DNA from: Glaucostegus cemiculus
Taxonomy: Eukaryota
Direction: 5' to 3'
NCBI GenBank assembly: GCA_976551045.1
Contig: CDPCPM010000280.1
Coordinates: forward strand, 1,054,001 to 1,118,000
DNA: 64,000 bases
Below the pieces are notes generated by a model. That model saw nothing but the letters and a program-made list of their open reading frames with translations, searched no databases and was not told the DNA's origin. The stretch's first letter is position 1. Every line of letters starts with the position of its first letter. Shown here in pieces: positions 1 to 12,185 of this stretch. The position numbers were made by a program, and so were the translations under genes.

Positions 1-429
1 CTGTGATTCCAGGGAGTGAAAGGTGTAACATTGACACTGATTTATTGACGTACTATACTACCTCAGACAGTCTCCTGACCAGCCAACCCATCTGGCCTTA
101 GTAATTACTTACACCACAAGGGGAGTTTGCTCTCACAGTTCAGTAGATACGCCAAATTGTGTTTCTTCAGGTACGAGAGCTCACCTGCTTTGCACTGACG
201 CACACATCACTAAACCCAGCTCCAGGCATGTGGCTACTCGAGACACTATCCAAGCAATGTGTGCTGTTCTCAGTGTGCTTGGAAATGCGTGGCATATGCA
301 CAGAGAACAGGGCCTGCATGGCAGTAGGTCTGTCATGAACAAGCCACTGTCCCTGTCTATTAGAAAGTGTTAAGTCAGACCCTTCATTGCCTCGGGGACT
401 TGTGCTCATGACATGAAACATAAATAACC

Positions 430-520
430 AAGCAGAAAATGCCTCAAACATTCAGCAGGTTTGGCAGCATCTGTGGTGTAAGTGAAACAGGGTTAATGTT
501 TTAGGTGAATAATCTAAATC
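430..520. repeat. Decayed copy of the abundant elasmobranch hairpin repeat (Penelope-terminal-like)
   Basis: agcagaaaatgcc...cagcaggtttggcagcatctgtgg...gaaacagggttaatgtttt matches the copies at 4506-4575, 5505-5640 and 58990-59110. Confidence 0.5.
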
Positions 521-1835
521 ACAACAATTACTTCGTTGATCTAAAATACTTCTATTTAACCCCCTATTCTCTCCTTTCCCTTGTCCTCTTCTTTGCTGTC
601 CTTTACGAATTTCTTCTGAAAATATTGATTCAGTTAATTTCTGATGGATGTTCAAAGGGACAATCAGGCAGATTGTATAACAGGTGGCCAATCTGATATC
701 AACTGTTTAATATTGTCATTGGCTCCAGTCAAAGTTAAAAGTCCCACCCATTAATTCATTTGTTCATATGTCCTTTAATGTGAGCCTAGGTTGGATAATA
801 AATTGGTCTGGACTCAATGTTCACCTTTGCTAATGAGACTGTCAATCCACGTTAACTGGATGAAGTTCACAAGGATGAAATGAGCTGGGCAGATTCAATA
901 CTGCTCCCGTGCATTAAACTGTCTCCAGAAATTGTGACAATGATGGTGGAGAGATGTAAAATTGATCAAAAAGACCTTTTACTCCAGATCTACATGCTTA
1001 GCTTTGGAGTACTTGACTTAGGAGTACAGAAGAAGCTTAACTATGTACACCTCATCTTTGAGGGATTGGTGATGGAGGTATTTCATTCCCAAACTGTAAA
1101 ATTCCCCACTTTCAACATAAAGAGTTCTCAAAAACAGTGTCTAAAAAGAGCACTAAGCTTACCCCTCTTCCAGTAACTTCACAAATTATCCAAGCAGATG
1201 GTAAGAGAATGACAACAGGAACTGCCGCTGGGAACTAATATGGATTAGTTCTCAATATCTTTTATCTCCTGCTGCTGTTCATCAATATCTCATGCAAAGC
1301 TCAGTCAGTTTTAACAGCTGATGGCAGCTCTGCTACATATTCCATAGCCTACTTTCACCTTGATCTCCAATCTCCTCTTCTGCCACTAATTTCCTGATCT
1401 CACACAGTTACTGTAGTTACTTTAATTAATACTTCACAACTTCCATACATCATCCTGCAATTACATTTTGGTCTTCATTGTCTCTAGCCAGTCCTGAGGA
1501 TATTTCCAAGCACAGTTCTGCTGATCCAGGGACCTCCCTGTGAGAATTCCTAGAGTACCTGCCAAATCTGATGGTGGCAATAGTAAATGCTATATTTGAT
1601 ACTAGAACTGTTTCATAGAGAGTCATTATAACGTCATAACAGATGAGGCAACTATATGTATACCACTCTGAACTGATGGAAAACCAAGAACGGTGAGGTG
1701 GGGAGTCAGAGTGCTGTAGGAAAAATATCCATTTCAAAGTCTCAGCAAAATGATTAAATAAATCCCCAAGCAGACCAGGAGCTCCCAGACTCAACCTGGG
1801 GTTTTTGTCAAATTCCCTACCATTCTTTGCCATTA

Positions 1836-2050
1836 TTTTTAATCATTCATGGGATATGGATGTTGTTGTCAAAGCCATTATGTAGTGACCATCTCTGAAA
1901 TCCACTTGAACTTGAGTGACTTGCCAAACCATTTCTGAGGCTGGCTGAGCCAACCAATTTCCTTTGGTTGCCAAGTTACAAATAGAGCTGGCCTAATAAG
2001 GACAGCAGGTTCCTTCACTACAGGACAGCTTTTTCCTGCCGTCTTCATGT
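1836..2050 (-). mobile_element. Decayed CR1-type LINE 3' end fragment
   Basis: tcattcatgggatatggatgttgttgtcaaagcc resembles the reverse complement of an elasmobranch CR1 3' tail; related pieces at ~4660-4860, 35640-35950, 48670-48800 and 61930-62050. Confidence 0.4.
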
Positions 2051-2369
2051 TTTTAAAAGTTTTGAAAACCCAATCTTTTTGCAATCGAATTTCATTATTT
2101 ATCTTGCAGCTCTCTTTTGGCTCAGATCAGCTCTGTCTTTGTCCTGCACAACATATCCTTATATTTTTTTTAACTTCGATTACCTAAAAAAATACCTAAT
2201 TGATTTTACTGCCAACTCTTTACCTGAATTGATACCATTTGGCAGAATGTCCATGGTATCATTGTTGTGGGCTGACACAGACAGAATGACCCAGATGGCA
2301 GCTAGCCATTGTGCTGGGCCTCAGTTAGGATCAGCGTCTTCTCTGGGCAAAGGCGGAAGACTTAAAGTA

Positions 2370-2770
2370 AAGGCTTTACTCTTTGGAGAGGAGGAGGATC
2401 AGAGGAGACTTGATAGAGGTATACAAAATATTCAGAGGAATAGATAGAGTAGACAGCCAGCGCCTCTTTCCCAGGGCACCAACGCTCAGTACAAGAGGGC
2501 ATGGCTTTAAGGTAATGGGTGGGAAGTTCAAGGGAGAAATCGGAGGAAGGTTTTTCACTCAGAGAGTGGCTGGTGCATGGAATGCGCTGCCTGGGGTGGT
2601 GGTGGGGGAAGATACGTTGGTCAAGTTCAAGGGATTGTTAGATAAGCATATGGAGGAATTTAAAATAGAGGGATATGTGGGAGGAAGGGGTTAGATAATC
2701 TTAGGCGTGGTTTAAAGGTCGGCACAACATGGTGGGCTGAAGGGCCTGTATTGTGCTGTTTTGTTCTGTG
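2370..2770 (+). mobile_element. 5'-truncated CR1/HER1-type LINE, 3' end
   Basis: ORF 2383-2694 (RRRIRGDLIEVYKI...TRGHGFKV...FFTQRVAGAWNALP) is the typical CR1 ORF2 C-terminus, followed by the tail gggctgaagggcctgtattgtgctg. Confidence 0.9.
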
Positions 2771-3256
2771 GAAACCAGTGAGGGAAATCCTAAATCTAGG
2801 AATATTAGTTGGGTGCCATCACACAGAAACACTTTTCTTTATCTATTTGAGTTTAATAGAAAAGGCCATTGAAGCATCCAAAGCAAGTGGTCAGGATCAG
2901 CCAGGATCTGATTGAACAGTGGGGCAGGGTAGAGGGGCTTAATGAACTCTTTCTGTTCTAAAAGGGATTAATGCTGAGTTGATGAGCTGGGGGAGACTGC
3001 TTCAGAAAACTCAACGTCTCCCGTGTTTCTGGGCAAAATTTAAAAATTGTCCTCTGTAGGTTGTTACTTCTCCCCCATCCCCTCCAAAATCCTCTTACCT
3101 CTCCACCCACACAGGGCTTTGTGATGTTCGTCAGTGTTAAAGGTGCTGTTGGAGTACAAGTTGCTGTTGTGCCTCAACACTGACTGGGCAGGCTATTATA
3201 ACTACAGAAGGCTTTCTTTTCTCTGGTACTAATGTCTATTATATTCACTTTGCAAG

Positions 3257-3277
3257 CTTACATGGATAGCCTTGAAG
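3257..3277 (+). CDS. CAMTA1: CAMTA1 21-nt alternative microexon (LTWIALK), between IQ motifs
   Basis: tttgcaag|CTTACATGGATAGCCTTGAAG|gtaatg; phase 0/0; the peptide matches the LTWIALK insert preceding YALYKK in vertebrate CAMTA1/2 isoforms; branch-point-like tactaat at 3227-3233. Confidence 0.9.
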
Positions 3278-3831
3278 GTAATGCAGTTCACAAATGGAAT
3301 TTCAATCTTGTTCATTTTGCACTGCTGTGACATATGGCCACTACGTGACCACCAATTAATATTATTTTGGCATAAGCATATGTAATTTTTTTACAGGTGT
3401 TTTTGAGTCATGAGCACTGTGTTGAAATTTCAGATGATGTTCGTCTTTGGGGATGTTGCATGTTGTCTTCATGTGCCAACTACCATGTGCCAAAAGTCAT
3501 TTGTATAATCATTTAAATTAATTTAGATTAAATTATTTTGTGTGAACCACTTTTCTTTTGAGATGGTGCAGAAGAAGTTTGCAGGTACCAAGGTTAAGAG
3601 GCTTCAGAGATGACGAAAGCCCCAAGAAGGTGGGCTTCAGCTTAAATCCAGGAAGATTAAAGGGAGATTTAATTCAGAAGTTTAAAACCGCAGACTGCAC
3701 CCATGGAATTACAGAACAGAAGCAGCTCACAGACAGCTGCTCTGTGTTGGTGTTTGTGCTGCTGTCAAACCTACTCCCACACTAAATAATCTCTCTCTCA
3801 ATGTAATAAAACTGAAGATGCTGGAATTGTA

Positions 3832-4505
3832 ATTGGTTTATTATTGTCACATGTACTGAAGTACAGTGAAAAACTTATTTTGCATACCATTCATACAGAT
3901 CAATTCATTACACAGTGCATTGAGGTAGTACAAGGTAAAAGAATAACAGAATGCAGAATAAAGTGTAACAGTCACAGAGAAAGTACAATGCAGGTAGACG
4001 ATAAAGTGCAAGGTCATAACGAGGTAGATTGTGAGGTCAGGTGTCCATCTTATTCTACTAAGGAGCCATTCAGTAGTCATATAACAGCATGGTAGAAGCT
4101 GTCCTTGAGCCTGGTGGTACTTGCTTACAGGCTTTTGTATCTTCTGCCCAATGGGAGAGGGGAGAAGAGATAATGTCTGGGGTGGGTGGAGTCTTTAATT
4201 GTGCTGGCTGCTTTACCGAGGCAGTGAGTCCACGGAGGGGAGGCTGATTTCCTTATGTCCTGAGCTGTGTCCACAACTCTCTGCAGTTTCTTGCAGTCTT
4301 GGGCAGAGCAGTTGTCATACCAAGCCGTGGTGCATCCAGATGCTTTCTATGGTGCATCCATAAAAATTGGTGAGGGTTGACGGGGACATGCCAAATTTCT
4401 TTAGCCTCCTGAGGAAGTAGAGGCACTGGTGAGCCTTCTTGGCCATGACGTCTACGTGGTTGGACCAGGAGAGGCTATTGGTGGTGTTCACTTCTAGGAA
4501 CTTGA
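3832..4505 (-). mobile_element. 5'-truncated Rex1/Babar-type non-LTR retrotransposon
   Basis: Minus-strand peptide LSWSNHVDVMAKKAHQCLYFLRRLKKFGMSPSTLTNFYGCTIESI; 3' UTR ending ...gtacatgtgacaataataaacc; same family as 31750-32170 and 60655-60810. Confidence 0.85.
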
Positions 4506-5209
4506 GGCTGGAAATACTCAGCAGGTCAGGCAGCATCTTTGCAGAGACACATTAATGCTTCAGGTCAATGACCTATATTGTATATAGAATCACAATGTTT
4601 TGCTCTTGCTCTTTTGCATTATAATTGGACAATCACAGAATAAGAGCAGACTGTATTCTACATCTGTTAGCTGAAAGGATGAACCACCTTCTTGAACTGC
4701 TGTGATCCGTTTGAAGATAGCACTGCCATGAATTCCAAGGATTCCGGGATGGCTGATTGACAATGTAGGAGCATTTGATGTACGTCCAAGTCAGGAATTG
4801 ATGGTGTTCCCAATAACATGACATTTCCTCGTCCTTCTTGCTCATAAATGTTGTGGGGCTGGGGGATCCTTCTGACATTGCGTGAGGCTGGACAGCAATG
4901 CCTGTACTTCTGAATTTCCTTCCCCTTTCGCCACAGCAGGAGAACTCACTTATCAACTCTTACCCAGTGGTTGCAGAGGTCCGGAGCTCTGAAACAGGAG
5001 AGACTGTGGCAGCAGAGCTGGGTCTGCAATGTGGCACTGTGTCTGTTAGTACCCTCAGCTGTGTGGATTCTCAGCAAATCTGCACCATTCACTGAAGCCA
5101 AGGGTAATGTGCATTTCATTCTCATTTTAAAGGGATGTATTGCTTTGAATATAAGCTGAGTATGAAGTGAGAAGAAAGCCTACATGATGTTCCTTCACAT
5201 CATCATAGA

Positions 5210-5500
5210 ATCTTGCAACGCAGAGGAAGGCTAATTAGCCCTTCGTGCCTATTCTGGCTCTTAAAGAGCTATCCAATCAGTCCCTCATCTTCTGCTCTTT
5301 TCCCATAGACCTGAGTCTTTTAAGCATTAATCCAATTCCAACGATTTTTTACTCATGAATCTGTTTCCACCACCCTCTCAGGTAGTGCATTCTGGATCAT
5401 AACTGCTTGCAGTGGAAAAATAAATTCTCCTCATGTCCCTTCTTCTTCTTTTGCTAATTGGTTTAAATTTGCATCCTATAATTACTGACCTTATGCTGGT
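5210..5500 (-). mobile_element. Decayed CR1-type LINE 3' end
   Basis: catagaatc...cagaggaaggc...tccaccaccctctcaggtagtgcattc is the reverse complement of a CR1 tail and the WNALP region. Confidence 0.65.
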
Positions 5501-5504
5501 GGAA

Positions 5505-5640
5505 AAGAAATAAAACCGTAGATGCTGGAATCTGAAACAAAAACAAATGCTGGAAGAACTCAGTAAACTGGTTTCTCTTTCCGCAGATGTTGCTTGACTG
5601 CTGACTGGCTGAGTTCTTCCAGCATTTCTGTTTTTATTTG
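5505..5640. repeat. Hairpin (inverted) repeat inserted in the CR1 fragment
   Basis: Perfect 19-bp arms aaatgctggaagaactcag (5545-5563) and ctgagttcttccagcattt (5609-5627). Confidence 0.75.
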
Positions 5641-6849
5641 TTCTGTTTTAATCTGGAAACAGTTTCTCTTTATTTACTCTTAATCAAAATTAAAAATGTG
5701 CTTCATCTACTCTCTCTAAGGAGAACAATACCAATTTATCTTGTTTCTCAGAATAACTGGTCCCTTATCCCTTGTAAATTCTGATAAATTGACTTACTCC
5801 CACCTGCAAGCACTTAATAATTTTTCTAGTGTGCAATGACTGGAATTGGATGGTACCCTAACTGGGACTTAACCAGTGAGCATGAGTGGCTTGATGGCAC
5901 ACTTGCAAGATGGAAGTGGTTTCTCATCATGTTGGGGACACTGCTATTTAAGTTTTCCTCATTTATAATGTGAGAATTCTGGCATAACTTCATCTGTCCG
6001 TTGCCACCAGACGACATGATTCAGAAATCACCATAACCTAGCACCATCCTCCATACCAGAATCGCCAGTACTACAGTATTAATCTGGAATCTCCAGCAAT
6101 TTAAAAAAATTATCTTCAGGACAAACAAAACCAGGGAGAAAAAACTCATAGGAAAGCATTAAAAATGTATGGTGTTATTTCACTTTCCTCGAATGTTTTT
6201 GTTTATTAGTTATACAAATATTGGTGATAAAAAGACCTGTTTGGGCAGGGAGGTTGAATATATAAGCCTTCAGCAATAAATCCATCCAGGGTTATCAATC
6301 CTAACATTAGCTGCATTTTAATTAGGGTTTAGACCACAATAATGACTCACTGGTTGGTGAAAGGAATTGAAACATGCCATTTGTATTTGCCATTGGATTT
6401 TTTTATGTGCAGATAAGTGGTATATGAACATTTAAGAAGTGGCTGTCAATAATTGTTGATTTACAGTGTGATTCTGCTTATTTTGAGTGTTATCCGAGAT
6501 TTTGATTTCCTCCATCTCATTTTCTTTTTGTTTCAAGAGACTTAGGGATAGAATGGAAATGTGAAATTGAGAGCAGCCGTGATCTAATTGAATAGCAGAG
6601 TGAACTTGAGGGGCTGTATGACCTACTCCTGCTCCTAGTATTAGTGTTCTTTTGTTATTACTAATTTGGCATGGCAATTTTGGAAGCTAGTTACTAGTTT
6701 GAGATGAGGATCCAGAAGTGCTGAGTTTGTGTTCAGCTGAGGGAAAGCCATTTGTGGGGACCCTCCCCCAAGCAAACATCCCTTCTTTCTTTCCAGGATT
6801 CATCTATTTTTCTCTTCTGACAAGGACATTGACCTTTGTGTTTCCTCAG

Positions 6850-7043
6850 TATGCACTTTACAAAAAGATGACGCTGGCCGCCATCCTGATCCAGAGCAAG
6901 TTCCGCAGCTATTATGAGCAGAAGAAGTTCCAGCAGAGTCGTCGGGCAGCTGTCCTTATCCAGCAGTATTACCGTAGCTACAAGGAGTACGGAAAAATGA
7001 GGCAGAAGCGAAGGACAGCTGCCATGGTCCAACAGAAAATCAG
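6850..7043 (+). CDS. CAMTA1: CAMTA1 internal exon with two IQ calmodulin-binding motifs (194 nt)
   Basis: cctcag|TATGCA...ATCAG|gtaggg; YALYKKMTLAAILIQSKFRSYYEQKKFQQSRRAAVLIQQYYRSYKEYGKMRQKRRTAAMVQQKIR closely matches human CAMTA1. Confidence 0.97.
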
Positions 7044-7109
7044 GTAGGGGTTTGCTTATGGACATAACTCTTCCCTAAGTTCCCTTGATTAGGTCGAATC
7101 CATGTGCTT

Positions 7110-8080
7110 TTATGAAAGGAACATTGTATTTGATAATCTTAATGGAGCTTTTGAGGATGCAGCTAGCAGGTCAGATGAAGGAAGTTAAAGGATGTGGTAC
7201 TGTATATTTGGATTTGCAGATGCATTTGATAAGGTGCTACGCAAAAAGATGCTACACAACATAAGGATTTATGGGGGTGGGAATGACATCTACATGGATA
7301 AAGGAACGGCTAAAGGACAGAATGTAGAGAAACTGAATAAATGTGTCATTTTCAGATGATTAAATGTAACTTGTGGTGTATCAAAAGGATCAGTACTTGG
7401 CTGTTCGCAATTTATTTTAATGACTTAGATGAAGACAGTGTAATATATCAATGCTGATAAGTTGGAGAAATGAATTTTTCAGAGACTGACAAGAACTTGC
7501 AAAGGAATGCATGCATAGGGAAAGAAAATGGTACATGGATTGTAATTTGGGAAGTTGTGAGATTATGCACTTTGGTAGGAAGAATAGAAAAACAAAATAT
7601 TTTTTAAATGGTAGTAAACCAGTAAATTATGTTTAGGGAAAATAAACATGAAGGTAGAGCAAGGAGTAGGAGAGGCGAATGATATGTTAGAAGGGCATTG
7701 GAGTATAGAAGTCATAAGTTTTGTTGAGATTATACAAGGCTTTGATGATGCATCATTTGGAAATCTCTGTGCACTTCTGCTCTCTATACTTAAAGAAAGA
7801 TGCATTTGCCTTGGAATCAGTGCAGTGCAGATTCATGAGATTGATTCCTGGTTTGAGGGGTTGTCCAGTTGGGAGAGATTTTAAGATTGGCCTGTACTCA
7901 GTGTAGTTTCAAACAATATGAAGTAACCTCATTGAACGGGACAAAATTCAAGGAGGGATTGACAGGGTGGATGGCAAGAGGCTGATCTTCCTTTCCAGAG
8001 TCCAGAATCAGGGACACAGTTACAGCCTAATGTGGTCAGCCTTTTATAACTAAGAGGAGGAGAACTTTACATAGGAGAAT
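7110..8080 (+). mobile_element. Heavily decayed CR1 LINE ORF2 (RT and C-terminus)
   Basis: Remnants of YLDF.KAFDKV (tatttggatttgcagatgcatttgataaggtg), a GV.QGSVL-like segment, MLRLYKALM and ESVQCRFMRLIPGLRG. Confidence 0.8.
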
Positions 8081-8254
8081 CTTCTATAGCATGTGAATGA
8101 AACTGTCTGCTACTCATGTGGATAACATGGATAAAATGACATTATGCTTGATTAAGTACCCATGGGATGTGCAGAGAAACAAGTTTTGTGAGCACAGTTG
8201 GCTTGGCGCTTGGGCTTTTTTTGTAGTGCAGTCATTGAAAGTAAACCACATGTT

Positions 8255-8880
8255 TGTCAGTTAGTCAGTGAACCCCGTTTTTATGTAAATTGGTGAACCT
8301 CATTAATGGGTGGATATCCAGTCTATGTCATGGTGAGCCCCATGATTGGCTGTTAGTAAATGAACACTATATTTGCATTAGTGGGTGACCCCCACTCTCG
8401 TATTAGTTTGTTTATATCATTGAATGATCTGTATGTTTGCCAGTCAATGGACGAACCCAATGTTTGCATCAATCAGTGAAATCAACATTCACGTCCATAG
8501 TTGAACACCATATTTGCATCAGTGATTGGTATTGGTTTATTATTGGTACTTATATAGTGAGCCTCATCAGCATATTTATATTGAAGGGTGAACCTAATAC
8601 CAGTCAGTGTGTGATCCTCCCTTTGTTTGCAAGTTGAACTCCATGTTTCCAACAACAGATGAACCCAATGTTTGCATCAATGGCTATGCACTATGGTTGC
8701 ATCGATGGGTGAGTCACGTGTTTCACAGTCAATGGATGAAGCTTTGGTTGCTTCAATGGACAAATTCCATGTTTGCATCATGAGTGAATCCAGTGTTGAA
8801 GTCAATAGAGCAACCACTTGAGAATCAATGAGTTTGTGCGTCATTGACTGAACTCTATGTTTGCCAGTCAGCATGGAAGT
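8255..8880. repeat. Degenerate minisatellite, unit about 25-28 bp (consensus about gtgaaccccatgtttgcatcaatgg)
   Basis: Recurrent tgaacc...atgtttgcatca units in tandem over about 600 bp. Confidence 0.75.
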
Positions 8881-8981
8881 TGGCATTTTTCCAATTTTGG
8901 CACGGTTACCTTACAGATATACTGGATCTACGGCAATGGAGCAAACTCTTGTTCTTATTTTTTCCCTTGTTCTTGTTTTAG

Positions 8982-9056
8982 GAGCAGTCTGCTAACCAAG
9001 AAACAGGATCAAGCTGCACGGAAAATTATGAGATTCTTGCGCCGTTGTCGTCACAG
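8982..9056 (+). CDS. CAMTA1: CAMTA1 75-nt exon ((R)SSLLTKKQDQAARKIMRFLRRCRH)
   Basis: Polypyrimidine tract, then ttttag|GAGCAG...CACAG|gtgaga; phase 2/2, compatible with the upstream exon; peptide matches vertebrate CAMTA1. Confidence 0.97.
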
Positions 9057-9949
9057 GTGAGATGTCAAATGTCATTCAAAATCTGACACCTTCCCAAAAC
9101 GTTTTATTTTCACTCTAGTTTATTCTACTTTCTTGCTTTTATTTATTTGTAGAATAATACAAGTAGAATTTTAAGGTCAACCAATTTATGTCATAGAATA
9201 ATAAAAGAGAAAAATTGAAACCTTCTGAAGAATATCTCATTGTTACAATAATTTCTTCATTATACCCCGTGTACTTCTCTGCTGTGGAATATTTTACCAC
9301 AGCTCACCCAGTATTTTCAATAGGTAAGATCATGGTCCCTTCCTGAAACTGAGCTCAATAATGTCAAGGTGTTAGGTTCTATTTCCCCACACTGTGCTAG
9401 GTTAGCCATTTTTCTTGGTGATCCCCGCTCCATAGCAGACTCTGTGGACTTGGACTAAGGAACAGAAATCAGTCAATGTTCCTGTTCCTGCGTATATCCC
9501 AGTAACCCCTGCAGGAAAACTTGCATGTTTGGCTGGCTGAGTGAGGACAGTATCAGGTCAGATTGTGATGCCCACCACAGTCAATAATCACAACAATCTT
9601 CTTCTGCATTGCCATACAAAATGAACATACATAGTTTGTACAGAGAAGGCTCTTCCAGACCTGGCAGAATGATATTGTTGGAACAAACATGCAGGAATGA
9701 ATTCTGAGATTGGAGCTTTGAACTTATGCTGACCAATATCAGTTCATCAGAACTTTTGGTTTAAGTTTCTGTGTCCAGCAGTTCTATAACAAAGTCTTTC
9801 ATTTTGAATGTACAGTATATCATCCTTTATTACTGACAAAAGAACTACATATCTGTCCATTAACTAACAATTACACTAAGTACCTCAAAGGTCTTTAACT
9901 TTGTGATGGTGAATTGTTACCTTTAGCTCTCTCTCAGTCATTTTTTTCA

Positions 9950-10170
9950 AATGGTAGGACTCTCGCCTTGGAACCAATGGGTTGTGAGTTCACATCTCAC
10001 TCAAGAGACTTGAGCACAAAACTCATTTTTTCCCTGGCAGTGTCAGGAATCCTGTCTTTCAGAGGTTAGAGTTCTTCCTACCTGTTCTTTCAGCTGGTAT
10101 TAAAGCATCTTATAATTCTACTTAAAGAAGTTCAGGGGAGTCCCTCCCATTGCTATGGAGAATGTTTTAA
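9950..10170 (+). mobile_element. Decayed Deu-SINE (SacSINE1-like)
   Basis: tRNA-like head (tggtaggactctcgcc...ggttgtgagttcacatctcactcaagagacttgagcaca) plus Deu-domain remnants; similar pieces at ~20940-21030, 29220-29430 and 62560-62760 (-). Confidence 0.55.
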
Positions 10171-11796
10171 CCCACAACAAGCTTCTGTGCAAAAATGGGC
10201 TGCATTTTATCCTCCATCACAACAGTGAATGCATTTATTGACTGCAAAGGAGTTTGGGATACCTTGAGGCTGCGAAGTTGCTGTAGTGTGTGGCAATCTG
10301 GCATGTAAGGAAGGCAGGAACAAGTGGTGGCATCTGGAGCCGCAGTGTCCCATGTGCGTCCTCACAGCGGCTACTAGCTGTTGTGCATTTCTGAGTTGTG
10401 CCACATGCAGAATAGTGTGGCATTGGCAGTGGCACCCTGCTTCCTGGGAGAGCCTGCATTTCTTGTGAGCCACAGAAGCGCTTTGTTTGCTGCTCTGGCA
10501 AATCTCCTGTGCATTTCCTCAGCTCTGACATTTCCTCAGCTCTTTCGGAACAGCCTGTGCCAGTGACCTCCCAAATGCAGTGACGATCGCAAAACTGTGA
10601 GCGGTTGCCAATATCTCCAGCTCCATCCTGGAAGGAACTTGACCTGACAATGACAGCCACTGGCAAAGTGGTCCTCAATATATCCTGTGTTTGGAATTGT
10701 GACTGAAATGGTGGCACTCCCCCACAGACATTAGCAGAGAACTCAAATTGCATCAAACCTTGTTGGGTCATGGTATCAGCCGGTATAATCAGTCACTTTC
10801 AGTGGGGTTGCCCTTCCTTCCAGTGAACGTATGTAAGGTTCAGAGTGGACGTTAGCTGGAATATGCAGCTCTGCTTTGGTGCCTAATAAACAGAGTCATT
10901 GATTGGCATGATCTCCAGACTTTGCAAAGTTATGCCAGGTATTAGTATCCTTGGTACTGGTGCCCTTACTAACCAATGTGACTCAGGCTACAGACATACA
11001 CAGGAGCACTTTGGTTGCCACTTTGAAGCCAACTGGTACCCAATGTGTCCAGACAGAGGCTACTGAGCTGAATTATGTGGCCAGGATATTCCTTGAAGCC
11101 TATTTTGTTTGGTCACGAGCTAGTTGGAGGGGCTTCACACACTGTCAGCAAATATCAACAAATCTCAGGCAGTGCATGTGTAATACGCTGCAGTGGCTGT
11201 GCAGGGAGCTCTGTCCCAACCTGGCCTGGCAGATTTTGCAGCACTCCATTTTTAAAATGTGAGTGCAGGAAAGTAACAATTCTGAAAATTAAAAAAAAAC
11301 TGTTCAGATGGTGATGTGTTGATAAATATTCAACTCAGTCACAGCCGTGTCCTGGCAAATTCACGTTAGCAAACTGTTCATTTCAACACCAGAAACAATT
11401 CTTCTCTGTGTGGATATTAGTTTTTCGTGTCTTTTGTCGGGGTGAACTAGATCACTTGATTGTGAAATAGTTTGTGTGCTGCCTAGACACTTTATAACAA
11501 TCCTTTTCACTTACGATTTCAACTACTACCACATTAACAGTTTGTAATAGTGGAAAATAGTAACCCCTTACCCCCCCCCACCCCTACCACACCTGAGCAA
11601 TATCTCCAACCTCAAAAAATAGGTGCCCCGATTATAAATGTGAGGGTTGGATTTGGCTTATTTTCAAACTGCTGCACATTTTGCTTTTGCTGACTGATTC
11701 ACTACTACTAGGGGACTCGTCTGGATTCAGTATTTTTTATGTGTTGCCCCATACCTTCACCAGTGTCTTATGTACTTTTTCTCTTCTACCTGGCTG

Positions 11797-12185
11797 AAGT
11801 TGCCAACTCTGGTTGGATGTATTTCTGAAGATTTAGTTATATGACCTGCCCCAGTTCCCAGTTGATCACACAGTGTACCTGCCCTATTAGTGCATCCTTT
11901 TCCTACTTCCATCCTCCATTATTCATCCAGTGTCCACTCTCCTGGTTCACCTATCACCCAATGCCCGTCATTAATCACATTGTGCCAGTCCTCAGGACCT
12001 ACCTCTCTACCACTGCCATCCTATTGATCACCCAATGTGCTCATCCACGTGGTGCACCCTCATCCACTGCCCCCATGAATCATCCAGTGCTCATCCTCAC
12101 AGTCTGTCTGCTTCCTACTGCCCCCTGCCTTTAGTCACCTGATGTCCATGCTCATGGTGCACCCATGTTAGTTGGAAAGCAACTA
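11797..12185. repeat. C-rich degenerate tandem repeat, possibly inside an old MITE
   Basis: Recurring tgccc(c)..tgatcaccca(g)tg units; ends resemble gttgccaac / gttgg..gcaac inverted termini. Confidence 0.4.

Noticed and set aside
1-3200. Upstream CAMTA1 IQ exon (…VIQRCYRKYKQ)
   Set aside because: Not found by eye; presumably upstream of the window. The acceptor-like ttcttcag at 170 gives no CAMTA-like peptide
8255-8880. CRISPR-like array
   Set aside because: Units are degenerate and contiguous with no unique spacers; no cas genes; eukaryotic intron
10235-10771. 178-aa minus-strand ORF
   Set aside because: No recognisable domain or splice context; consistent with chance
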